The notes beneath the pieces were generated by a model. The model searched no databases. It saw only the letters and a program-made list of their open reading frames with translations, and was not told the DNA's origin. Made by a program: the position numbers and the translations under genes. A stretch of DNA of 64,000 nt from Callorhinchus milii (taxonomy: Eukaryota): positions 15,004,001-15,068,000 of the forward strand of contig NW_024704748.1 of assembly GCF_018977255.1 (NCBI RefSeq), read 5' to 3'. Shown in pieces: positions 28,101-39,924 of the stretch (position 1 is its first letter; each line of letters starts with the position of its first letter).

Positions 28101-29978
28101 TTGTACCTGATGGTTGGATGTCGCAACAAACTCCAGAACAGCATGCTGCAGTTCAGGTCGCATGAGTGGGTTACAATAGCTGCCTGTAATGGGGTCATAG
28201 AGAAAATTCCCAGGAACTATAAAACAGAAACAAAATACAAGTAGTGAAACCTGCTGTTGATTAGGATTAAACCATTGATTACAATTGTACCTTGTAATAA
28301 TTCCAGATGTCTATTAGATACCTGAGGCCTTCATTACAATAGTGCCTTGTAATTATTCCAGGTATCTATTACAGTCTTTATAAATTACCTGACAACACTA
28401 CCTTGTAATTATTCACAGGTATTCATTATTCTCTATTTCATGGATATAAACATACAGGGGAATCTTGTTTTAATGCAGTCTTCCGGATTATAATACCTTA
28501 GAGGCCATGTTATAAGCAAAGCACAAAGTGACTTTGATATCATCATGTCTCTTCCTGCAAGTTGCATGCAGATGTGCTATATGCAGAAAACATTATTAAT
28601 ATCACTTCCTACATGTGTAGAATGCAGAAAGTGATGTGAGTGACAACTTGATGACCCAGAATTCAGTCTCATTTTAGCCTAGGAAACTGGTTTGTGAGCT
28701 CCAGAAGCTGAGTGCTATCTTGTGGTCACCAGCACTATTAGCAAAGCAGCAATATACAAGGTGACCAGGTCCCCCTTTATAAGGCATCACGGGTTCTGAG
28801 GGAGGTTAAATCCAACATTATTGCTGCTTTACCATCATTGAGTGAAAAACAAGTGTTGCATTTCCAGTGTCGCTGGTCTATGAAGATCACAAAAGGGTTT
28901 ATATAAGTCTGACACATTGAACAGCATGGAGGAGCTCCAGGAATCACTGGGAGAGGTTCCTGCGGAAGAAATTAAAGGCTGGGTCAGTAAAAACATTCAT
29001 TATTAAATTGTAAACTGATAAAGGCAAAAGATGATTTTTTTTCGCTAATCCGTAATGTATTTCGGGCTGTCTGCTCCTAAAGCAGCCGTCTTACACTGAA
29101 ATTCTTGAATGGGTGGAAAATCAGGCCAAGAGGAAGCATCACTTGTTTCAGGAGTGCCTGAGTCTGAGGAATATTCATCAGGGTGCATCGAAATATACTG
29201 TAGGAGGAAAAAAACAAAGAAAGCAGAAATGTTCGGGTCATTGATGTACTAATTTGAACTGTTACACAATGATTAGTTCATACTGTACATATTAAAAGAA
29301 GTTGCTGCTACCCAAAGGCTTATTGGTTAAATGCAATGTCTGATGTGATGTGGTCCTGAATAATCCAGACCAGGAAGGTACCAGATGTGATTTACAGTCT
29401 GTGCTGAGGTGATCAATCATGGAAAGGCAATGTCCCAGAGCTAGGCAGGGCAAACGCTCACATTCCATACTTTTTGTGCAGCTCACTCACTGCCAGCACT
29501 AAAAGCAAACCACATAGTGTGGTATACATGTCATATTTTATATCCTCTCGGTTCTTTGCCTGGTTAATATTTATCATATTGTTTAAACAGAATTACTCTG
29601 TGATGATGACTAGTAGGTATTTGTGGATCCTGTCCCAAGAGGCCAAGAATAGCTCATTCAAAAAGACTTTGCTGTGAGTAAATGTCCCAAATAAATAGTA
29701 TATGTACTATATAGAAAAAAATTAACACCTCCTAAACAATGTACACATCAAATACATACATTACCTTTTACAGTGTACCTAATGTTACTGACGTGTAAGA
29801 GAATATTGAGTTCTTACTCTGAGCTGCAGTTCAGTTTCCTGAGGGAGGGACTCAGGTTTGGCTCAGGGGTTGAAGCTGGTTCGACTGGGAGAACACATCT
29901 CTCTTGTAAAAGGTTCACTGGCCGCACATTGGCCTGCTGCAGATTTAAGTTTGGTGTCATCTCCTTCAGCTGATCCAT
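16138..29978 (-). CDS. Protein transport protein SEC24A/B-like (COPII cargo adaptor), divergent, predicted 769 aa
   Basis: 18 GT-AG exons totalling 2310 nt with no stop or frameshift: 29978-29818, 29197-29095, 28959-28833 (Zn finger CSMC...WKCNTC), 28086-27959, 27065-26953 (RPPQPATYLFMFDVS), 26134-26016 (RIGFITFDSTV), 24173-24118, 23611-23411 (ALGPALQAA...GGRVSVF), 23095-22972, 22465-22307 (GFEALLRIR), 22129-21956, 21557-21447 (GERRVRIHT), 20343-20168, 19627-19487, 19333-19229, 18600-18508, 17698-17595, 16252-16138 (MVEDRNESTMSYYDFLLHL...CK*). The start codon and exon 28086-27959 are the least certain parts. Confidence 0.9.
16925..17285 (-). mobile_element. Old Deu-domain SINE relic
   Basis: Degenerate reverse complement of the 62135-62435 element (CCAGGATACTGAAGAAACTCCCTCTCTTTTCAAATAGTG...TTTAACATCTCATGTTAAGGAC). 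Confidence 0.6.
20880..21150 (+). mobile_element. Degenerate CR1-type LINE reverse-transcriptase fragment
   Basis: Remnants FQMVFDKAP (cf. FQKAFDKVP), RKQKIVLSG (cf. RKQRVVxNG), LPQESV (cf. VPQGSV), YING (cf. YIND), broken by stops and frameshifts. Confidence 0.65.
25231..25548 (+). mobile_element. Full-length young tRNA-derived SINE (reference copy)
   Basis: GGAGTCCTGTAGCTCAGTGGTTAGAGCACTCGC head with Pol III boxes; LINE-type 3' tail AAGCGCTATATCAAATGCAAGG(ATT)n. Confidence 0.92.
28285..28425. repeat. Degenerate tandem repeat, about 55-bp period, three units
   Basis: CCTTGTAAT(A/T)ATTC recurs at about 28290, 28345 and 28400. Confidence 0.6.
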
Positions 29979-32900
29979 ACAGAATTCATACTACCAGACA
30001 ACTTTAAAAGTGTAGACAACTTTAAAATAAGAGGGATTTGTCTGAAAAACAAAGATAACTTATATTTCCAATCATACTTTGGCAGGAAACTTCAGTCTAC
30101 TGTGGTATTTCATATTTAAAGCCAATTATTTTTTCTTCTTCAAGTCTCTCAGCTCTATATTCCAGGCACCATCCCTCAGATGAGGGGAGGCAAACATCTG
30201 CCAATGTCCATCTGTAACTGGCTACCAAAAGATACGATGGTAAAGCAGCAATAATGTTAAGGGTAGCTTGATCTATCCTTAACAGCACAATCAAGGTCAA
30301 GAACTTCCCAATTGGAGTATTGCTTACACAATCCTGCTCAAAATCCCTTAAGTTCTCAGATTCCAACCAATTCTTCCATTTCCGTACAATGATTGTTCTC
30401 TTGACTCTATCCTCCCCCCTCCTTGCATAGTCAGAGCCTGAAAACAAACATTGCCCAACTGAGATGGAGTCTGCACAGTCTAAGTCTGGGGAGCCTTATT
30501 GGTAGACTTTATCTCTAGTAAATGGAGTTGAACAATACCATCTAAAAGATAAACTGGAAGGGTGAACAAGATGCACATTGGCTACCACTTTATGCAGCAG
30601 AGCAACATCACACATATAAGCTAGTTACCTTTCTACCTCTACTGCATCATAACTACTATGTACAGTGCACACAATTACAATTACAAGATATACTATTATT
30701 ATTGTTATTATTACATACTCCGAGGATCCTGAAGAAATTCCAAAGTGTCAACGGAGATAAAGTTTAAAAAAAAACAAGTGCCATATTCATAAAAATATTT
30801 TAACCTATTTCACATGTAACACTTCAACAGTTATTCCTAAATGCAATATCGATATTTTTTTAAATACTAAAGAAGTCCTAGGTTTGCAGCCAGCAGGATA
30901 AGGGTAAGTGATTTAATGAGTTTCACTGACATATGTGAAGGAGACAGACACACATGGAGATCATACTAGCTAGTGAAAACATGGCATCTTTCTCATTGGA
31001 AAATCATATGATCAATTATCAAAACATATTGCCTACCCATTCAATTCTTGCACCATAATGGTTGAATATATATTGAATATATATATATTGCAATATATGC
31101 ATATATTTGGACTGTACTGATACACTTTCCAGAATGATTATAACAGCCTGAGATTAGCGTTGATCCCAGACAACAGTGACATTTGATACTCCACTCTCTA
31201 TACAAACCGCAGATGGCTGAACTTTAATTACCACAGGACAGTATAATTTATTCAGGTGATAAACGATATCAACTCCCATGTAGTAGTAATGTATTCTAAT
31301 CACCTCTGTTGGCATAGCTACAGTATTTCAGCCACAGCAATACACACAGATACTCTTTGAGACACTGTGGTTCCACTCCACACAAAATCATGAAGGTCTG
31401 CCAGATAACCAATGTCTGATCTGTCACTTAATAGGGTACCTGACACTGAGCATTTTTGTGTCTCATTAGAAAGACAAAGCCCACAAACGATATGCTACAA
31501 ACATTGTCAGAATTTGAACATGGGAAATTAAGGTGCTGCAATACAACTACAAGTATTAGGTGATGAATGTGATATTGCAATCTATAATATAACATTATCC
31601 TCAAACAACTTTAGAAAGCCTCTACATTAAAGAAACAGCTCAGGTCAATCTCTATTTAAAAGAGACTTACAGCACTATTACCAGAGGTCGAAAGGTAATT
31701 ACAACACATCATTTCCATAATGAATTGAGATGTGGGAAAGAAAATAAAGTCACTTACAGAACATCTAGTATGTGGCAATTGATGCTTTGAAACAGTAAGA
31801 GGGCAAAAGATAAGAGACAGCATGAACTGAGAGAAGGACAGACCAACTCAGAGATTTATTGGACAGATTAGAATTAAACACTGGATTAGACATTTATTTC
31901 AGTAGAAGGAAAGCCTTTAGTCAGCAAGACAAACCAAACTGGTAAATATATTTCAAGCAATAAATACTCACATTAAAGTTTCAGTCACAATATACTTGAG
32001 ATTACGATGTTCATTTTGGTCCATCTAGTCTATCCAGCAGATTCAGTCACTATTAATTTTAGCTACACATGTTAAACTGATTCAGATACAATATAGCTGT
32101 AATCCCTATTCTGAAAAATCTCCTTGATGGACTGATAGAGAATTGAACACCTGCGTAACCTGATTACAGTGCTGTCACCACAGCAACATGTTCTACAACC
32201 AACCAGAGCTCAGGTAGTAAACACTTCTCTACTGATTCCTACATTACAGTTCCTACATTACAGTTCCTACCAGTCAGGTATCCCTTCTTTAATGTATTCG
32301 GATTGTTATAAAGACTGTAATATGTGATTGCAATACCAGAAGAGACGGACATTCAGCGCATTGACCCTGTCCCATCATTTTATTGTAAATAATAATAATA
32401 ATCCTTGCATTTGATGTAGCATCTTTCCCATCAAGAGGTCGACTCAAAGAGCTTCACAGGATTTACTGTACACTGCAATAATCGTGTAGTGTAGGAGAAT
32501 ATAGCTGACATTAGAACATGGCAGATCTTTTAATTCCATTTCCCCACCTTTTCTTCATACCCTTCGTAACACAGTACCATTACTGCCAAGTATATATCTA
32601 TTTCACATCCCATTTGATTGTGCCTCCAGAATCTTTAGGGGGGATTGTGACTCAACCTACCTGCCACTCCATAATGCAATGTTCCACAGCAATCAATTTA
32701 TAAAAACTTAAAACATAAGTAGCTGTTTGCTATTTGTCTGACAGGTAAATTGTAATACATCTGAATACATGATCGTATTCAATATTTCTAACCAGTTTCC
32801 ATTGACCTTTCTGTTTATACTATTTGTATATATAATGATGTTGTATCTTGTAGTATACTGTAGTAGTAATGTGATATGGCCTTACCGTGGATCAAAGAGA

Positions 32901-33529
32901 TGCAATGCCTTCACCAAGCAGAAAAAAACAAATGCTCAGTGGTTGTCACGAGCTTCTGCTAATTGGTTCAACGATAGCAATACAATTGCTAGGAGTACAT
33001 TTGTTGTCAAACATAGGATTTTCTCTATTGTATGGTAAAAGGAGGTTTAATTGGAAGCAGATCTAGGTTTGCCCACAAATGGAATGAAATTAGCTGAGAA
33101 ACTTTTATCTGAAGGCTGATATGGAAGAAAAATGCAGTTCTTGGATCAAATACAATGAAAATTCATAATTTTTCCAGCTATTAAACAGCAGAATGATTAT
33201 GCAATTATCATATGCACCTTTTTTGACAGCTGGTGCACTCTGCATTAGTTTTTGAGCTACTCTCTAAAAATCAATTCAATCTGAGCAATTGTGTGTATGT
33301 TTCTATCAGTTAATGTGATCGTGTGTCTCTCTACCAATTTTTGTGTATCTGTTTGTCAGTATATTTTCTCTCACTCTCTGAAAGTGTTTGTGTGTGTCCC
33401 TCTCTGTCTGTCTGTTACTGTAAGCGCTCTGAGACGCTACACTGCATGGAGGGCGCTATATACGTGCCAGCTGTTGTGTATTTCTCTCTTCCCCCTGGTT
33501 CTGTCTGTTTATTTCTCTTCCCTCTGTGT

Positions 33530-34075
33530 ACTTATACACTGTATTTCTCGTGTGTGTATATATTTACTGTATGTGTGTATATACTGTGTGTATATATACT
33601 GTTTATGTGTGTATATACTGTGTATATATATGTATACTGTATGTGTGTGTATATATTGTATGTGTGAGTATGCTGTATGTATATGTATGTGTGTATATAC
33701 TGTATGTGGGTAGTTACTNNNNNNNNNNNNNNNNNNNNNNNNNNNNNNNNNNNNNNNNNNNNNNNNNNNNNNNNNNNNNNNNNNNNNNNNNNNNNNNNNN
33801 NNNNNNNNNNNNNNNNNNNNNNNNNNNNNNNNNNNNNNNNNNNNNNNNNNNNNNNNNNNNNNNNNNNNNNNNNNNNNNNNNNNNNNNNNNNNNNNNNNNN
33901 NNNNNNNNNNNNNNNNNNNNNNNNNNNNNNNNNNNNNNNNNNNNNNNNNNNNNNNNNNNNNNNNNNNNNNNNNNNNNNNNNNNNNNNNNNNNNNNNNNNN
34001 NNNNNNNNNNNNGTACGTGTATATGTGGTTGTGTACGTGTATATGTGTGTGTATATATGTCTACACTGTGTGTGT
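33530..34075. repeat. (TG/TA)n microsatellite region containing assembly gap 33719-34012
   Basis: Visible dinucleotide-rich sequence on both sides of an N run. Confidence 0.9.
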
Positions 34076-34099
34076 AGTTAGTACAACCCTCTGTTTGAC

Positions 34100-34279
34100 T
34101 CCCTGTCTCTGTCACTTGACCCCGACCCGGAAGTGATGCTGTGCTGAGGCCGGAAACATTCCCGTTGGTTCCTGCGCTGCCGGGAGTCGGTGTCGGAGAG
34201 AGACCGCTCGGAGCCGCGAGACAGAGAGAGAGAGACGGAGAGAGAGAGAGAGAGAGAAAAAAAAGAGAAAGAGGATCAG
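34100..34279 (+). promoter_or_regulatory. SAR1A CpG promoter and probable non-coding exon 1; candidate bidirectional promoter with the SEC24-like gene
   Basis: ETS/GABP-type CCGGAAGTG at 34127-34135 and CCGGAAAC at about 34150; CpG-rich; donor CAG|GTCAGA after 34279. Confidence 0.6.
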
Positions 34280-34699
34280 GTCAGAGCACAGCACAGCCCC
34301 CCCCCCCCCCCCACCCACACCACCGGCTGTCAGACACCCCGAGTGCGCTCAGCTGGTGTGAGGGGTGTGAGGGGTGTGAGGGGGGGGGTCAGGCCCCACT
34401 GAGCGACACGTAACCGAGAAAGAGCCATGACGGGGGGGGGGGAGGGGAGAGGAAAGGAGGACACTGGAGAGGGAGGGAATGATTGAGCGTGTGGGGGGAG
34501 GGATGGAGGGAGGGAGGGGGTGAAGAGGAGAGACAGGAAGTGAAATGGGGGGGAGGGGGGGGAGAAAGAGTAGAGGGGGAAAAAAAGTAAGAGGTTGGGA
34601 GGGAGAAAGAGGAGGAGGAGGAGGAGGTTAGGAAGCAGAGGGGAAGTTGGTGGTTTGGGAGGAACACCAGATTTCTTCACCGAAGAGATCTGCGAAAAT

Positions 34700-35065
34700 A
34701 TGGAATAATAATCTTTGCCAAAGTGCTTCATACGAATTACTGTAAAGTATAGTGACTATACGTGTGTGGCAAATTGTGCACAGCAATGTCCCCCACACAC
34801 ACACAGCCAAGAACTGCACAGCCAATGTTTTATCTGGGGAATTGTCAGCCAGGACACCAGGAGAAACTCCTTTTTTTTGGAATAGCGCCATGGGATCTTT
34901 AACGTCCCCTTAAACAAGCAAACGCCTGAAGGATGACACTGATTATGCAGAGTTATCCCAGCACTGTATTGAAGTGTCAGCTCACACCACAAGTCAAAAT
35001 CCCGACGTGGCACTTTGAACACAACCGTCTAACTCAGAGATGAAAGTGTTGCCAGCTGAGCAGGC
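34700..35065 (-). mobile_element. Old Deu-domain SINE relic
   Basis: GCCAGGACACCAGGAGAAACTCC...AATAGCGCCATGGGATCTTTAACGTCC is the reverse complement of the Deu domain as recalled. Confidence 0.7.
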
Positions 35066-35347
35066 TGACTTGTACTGCCTTAAAGCTCCAGAGACAGAAT
35101 GAATTAGGATTGTTAAACTGGATCTAAATAGATACTTGGGGAAAAATAGCTAAAATGAAAAGGGGAGGTCATAGGATTAAAAGACATGTTGCTCATTTGT
35201 AGTGCAGAGCATTGGCTCTATTTAGGTTCCTTAAGGTTAGCTTCAGATATGTTGCAGTATCTGTAGCTTTTTAAGTAAATTCCATTGCTGTGTAACCAAG
35301 TAGTGATCCAGATTGTGTTTACATTTGTAGGTGTGTCCGATTCAGAA

Positions 35348-38300
35348 ATGGAGACCTTTTTCGATTGGATTTTTGGTAATATTACCAGTATGCTGCAATT
35401 CCTAGGTAAATGGGTTAGTCTTTTATTTCCTCTCCCTTTCTCCTTTAAACAAGGAATTTCCAGACTTCTAACAGCTTTTCTGATATCTATCCTACTTGTT
35501 TGCCTGATCGCAATTTAGATGTGATTACCCAAAAATGTGCTCTTAGTAGTAGGTTTATTGCACCATTTACCAGCCCACTGACTCAGTTTGTCCATCTCTG
35601 ATTTGTACTTTATTTTATTTTCATCTTTATTCAGCTCAGTAAATTACCTTTGGGATCCCCAAGACTATTTGTGCATTACCTCATGAATTATTGAGAAGAT
35701 CTTATAGATGCTCAGTGCCTCCTTTCTCCTTTTGTGCTGGTTTAACCCCCAGCTGAGAAAGCAGTCAGGCAATCCCGTTCTATAAAATACAACTCAAAAT
35801 ACTGCAGGTGCTGGAAATCTGAAAACAAAAACAGAAGTCGCTGGGAACACTCATCAGGTCAGGCAGCATCTATGGAAAAATGAAAGTGAGTCAACGTTTC
35901 GGGTCCACGACCCTTCATAAGAACTTCGTCAGTCCAGTTCTGTAACTGTATGGGGGACATGAGATCAGCCCAGGTTGTCTCACTTGCTTCTTTTCCCCAT
36001 TGTTGTCAAAGTCTCCTTCCCTTTTAGCCCAAAGAAGATCAAAATGTTCCTAAATTGAGAGTCGCTATAATAAACATTTCCAGTCCAAATCGGTATCCGT
36101 GCACTGGACTTACTACGGGTTTTTGTGTACAAAGCATTAGTAATGTTTGGAAAATTTGCATGCTGGTCAAAGCAAGAAATATTTTCTTTCAAAACTACAC
36201 TAATTTTCTTTGTCTAGGTTTATGTAAGAAGTCAGGAAAGTTGGTTTTCTTGGGTTTGGATAATGCTGGCAAGACAACCCTACTGCACATGTTGAAAGAT
36301 GACAGACTGGGACAGCATGTTCCTACATTACACCCGAGTAAGTATTTCCATCAATTTAGCATACTATTCCTCAGTGAACTGACTTTTCACAAAAGGCTGA
36401 GAATTCATCTTTTGGTTCATCATTTTAACTGGGGTAGTGATTTATAATGTTGACTGGCCATATTGTTCCTTAGATGGTGTCCAGTAGATAAATTGTTTAG
36501 TCTGAATATCAATAGACATCAGTCACAGAGCTCTTATAAGAAGTGCTACCTGCATGAATAGTCATTAAAGAATAGATCCAAACTTGAGTAATCACGCAAG
36601 CTGACAGGGTAGTAAACTAATTGAGGGATCTAGATGACCGTAATCCATTCACATTTCTCACTATTTATGCAATCTGATCTGCTAAATTAGATTACAGTCT
36701 TGTAATAATTCCCAGGAGTAATTTGATTTATTTAGTGGATGCACCATGGGTCTATTTTACCTAGAGTATACTGAGTTGTTGATTCCAAGTGATTGACAAC
36801 TAACTCCTATATTTCTGCAGTTTTCATCCCACTTGCAGCCACCAATTTTTGCCTTCCAGAATTAAGCAAACAAATCCCTTTATTTCCTTACAAAAGTATG
36901 TTCTAAGCATTGCATTCTTCAGTAAGAACAGACACAACGAGAAAAACTTGTGTACTTATGTACTGTCAATCAATGGTAGCTTTTTCTGGCCTTTTTCATG
37001 ATTTTTGTTCTTACTGTCTCCTAAGAGTTGTTTTGCTGCTAATTCTGCCCATAACTACAAACCCTGACGTGTGTAGATGGTTGTTTTATTTGTGGCTGTT
37101 GGAGCTTTGCAGGTTTTGGGAGCTCCATGGATCTGATTCATTCTCCTGATTAGGTCCTGTTTCTTTACACAGCATCGGAGGAACTGACCATTGCAGGAAT
37201 GACGTTTACCACGTTTGATCTTGGAGGTCATGCACAAGGTAAAATTCTCACAAGAGATGTTTTGTTACCTTTTAAAGCAGGATAAGCTGAATTTATATCA
37301 ACAGTCTTCATTCAGTACAGTATTTGAATTAAATTAGTTAAAGCTATGCTCCCTGTTTATACGTTGTTTTCTCTTACCGAGTCTCGCCATCAATAGCAGG
37401 TAGTGATGAAACCAATTACCTAGGATGCACAAAGTATCTGTAGACTGTCTCAACAGTGGATCCGAGAGAACTGGGTAGTGTTCAGTCAAGTGCTTCGGGA
37501 CACTAACCTGTGTGAAGTGCGCTATATAAATGCCAATTGTTGTTATTTGGGCTCTGGTTTTAAGAACTTTCATTTTGTTCATCTCCATTGGCAGAGATAA
37601 ATCAGTTAACCAGCCCAGTATTTGGCTTATAAGGACTTGATATGGTGACTGTAGCATGGCAGGCATTGTAGATTCACATCAGTAGCAGAGTAGTGGGCTC
37701 TTGGGGAACTGCCTTGTAAAGGGAAGAGGCACTCACAGTTGTAGCATTGTGACTCCGGATTTTCAAGATACACTCTATTTTCTTGATTAACAACAACCAT
37801 ATGAGTGCAGGACAACAACATGAGAAAATGAGGCAAGAGGAACAGAGGAGGAAAGAATCTTTGAATGTAAAATTAAACTTTGTCATTAATAATTATATAG
37901 GCTTTCAACTGTTAAATCTTTTCACTCTCATTCAAATAAATAAAAAAATGGACTATTCTCTGGAAAGGAGTTCTATTTAAACTCTCCTGCTTATTTGCAG
38001 CCCGACGAGTTTGGAAAAATTATCTCCCTGCCATTAATGGAATTGTTTTCTTGGTTGACTGCGCAGACCATTCACGGCTTGCTGAATCTAAGGTTGAGCT
38101 TGATGTAAGTCAAACAACATTAAGGTGAAGTTTTTGGGAGGTGTGTGGGAAAGGATTCTTGAATTCTAGAAATTGGGTTTGTATGATGTAACTCATTAAA
38201 GCAATGGTTGAACAGGTTAACTTTTCTGAATTACAAAATTATTTAAACGTATTCCCATAATTTAGCTGTAATAAATGCATGTGATGTTTCTACTGATTTG

Positions 38301-39924
38301 TTGGGGGGATTTTGTGTTGAAACTGCCTCAATTGTACCTTCACTTAATGCAAACATTGTGGTCAAATAACAGCTGGTGATTCAGCACTACTTGACCAGCA
38401 AACCTTATTTCAGTCGTAGGCTGTATGCAATGTAGTCAAATGTGCAACATAATCTAAAACTTTCCCTTCCCTTCCAGGCATTGATGACAGACGAAACAAT
38501 ATGTAATGTTCCAATTCTTATCCTTGGAAATAAAATTGATCGACCAGAAGCCATCAGTGAGGAAAAGCTAAGGGAAATCTTCGGTCTGTATGGACAGTCC
38601 ACAGGAAAGGTAAAATATGGTTTGGGTTTCCAGAGAGAACCTTTTTTCTTTGAGACCATGACCATTTGATTAGATGCCCAAAATGCTTGGGAAGCTCTAC
38701 TCATGTTACTCTGGGCATGATGCAGAAAAATAATTGCAGTCCTCAAAGGATTAATTAAACGTGTGGTTGGGTCACTTTCCCTGGAGTGGTTTCATTTTGC
38801 CTTACAAGTTGCAGTGATTTACAGTGACAGCTGACCATGTGCTGAGCTAGCACAGACAGCTGCTTGCCCTGTTGTTTGTGCCAGCGTTAGTGATAAGGGA
38901 ATTTTCCTTCCAACTGTTTTATAAATCGGACCTACAACCCTGTTAAGGTTATCTTTTTCTTTTTATATGAAATGCTGTTTCTTGTACACCTGGAGATTTA
39001 CAAGTCCATGCTGAGTGCCTTTTGCTTTTTAAATTGACCCCTGGTGAATACAATGAACAGGTTAAAATTATCAAAACTAAATAAGAGCAGGACAGTTTTG
39101 TATTTCAACCAATTCCTCTTTCAGTTATGTTTGCAGCCAAAATACAAAGGTATCTTAAGTTAGGAAAAAGGAAAGCATTAGGTCTTCATGCACCATTCCC
39201 TTAGTTGAGGGGGCATCAATTGATATACTCCTGTGTGCTCCGAGATGCTGTCTGTCGTGAACGGTGCTATATAAGTGCTAGTTGTTATTGCCTCTGACTG
39301 GTAGAACTTATTTTCAGCCACTCTCAAAAATGTGCATATGAGCAATCAGCTGACTCTTCCTGTGATTTTTTTCCTCTCTCTGTGGGTATCTTACCTCTCC
39401 TGTTTAATACCAGCAAAATCATAAGCTAACTGCTTGTGCTTTAATGAGCTCAAACCAGTGTCGTGTTCCATAGCATGTGTGCTGGTACACTTTGTACTGC
39501 CAAAAACTATTGCGCATTTGCTGGTACTAGTCATGACTCTCATGGACCATTAAATCTTGGTTCTAAGCAAGGAGTTGCTTTTTAATAATCAAGTCTACTT
39601 TGTCAACTGTCTTTATTATACACTCGGAATCTGACTCGGAATATATGAAATTAATGCAAGGAATCCTGCTTGCAAATAACATTTTAGACCTTGTTATGTT
39701 ATTATGGCATATATCAAGAAATATTCATCAAGGAAATGTATTTTGTTTTCACAAATCTTCTCCCCCTTAAAAAAACTGTATTAATTTCACACATTGATCT
39801 GTTCTAGGGTAATGTACCCCTCAAGGAGCTGAACACTCGGCCATTGGAGGTGTTTATGTGCAGTGTGCTAAAGCGTCAAGGTTATGGAGAAGGATTTCGC
39901 TGGCTTGCACAGTACATCGACTGA
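35348..39924 (+). CDS. SAR1A: Small COPII GTPase SAR1A, 198 aa
   Basis: Exons 35348-35405, 36218-36337 (GLDNAGKTT), 37173-37238 (DLGGH), 38001-38104, 38478-38609 (NKID), 39808-39924 (WLAQYID*), total 597 nt. KKSGK, DHSRL and ESKVEL plus adjacency to TYSND1 favour SAR1A over SAR1B. Confidence 0.95.
35795..35925 (-). mobile_element. Short repeat of probable Penelope-like origin carrying a degenerate hammerhead motif
   Basis: Minus strand: CTTATGA-A-GGGTC-GTG-GACCC-GAAA-CGTTGAC followed by AGATGCTGCCTGACCTGATGAGT...CCAGC. Confidence 0.55.

Noticed and set aside
28285-28425. CRISPR-like repeat-spacer array
   Set aside because: Vertebrate intron, only three degenerate units, and the spacers resemble each other: an ordinary minisatellite.
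16138-29978. Calling the SEC24 gene SEC24C because human SEC24C is on 10q22
   Set aside because: The Zn-finger (TYINPFV...DQRHWKCN) and trunk motifs match the A/B class as recalled, not the C/D class.
16138-29978. SEC24 pseudogene
   Set aside because: All 18 exons have GT-AG sites and join into 2310 nt without stops or frameshifts. Relaxed selection is not excluded.
33291-34115. Long Cys/Val/Tyr-rich ORFs
   Set aside because: Artefacts of the TG/TA microsatellite and N-gap.
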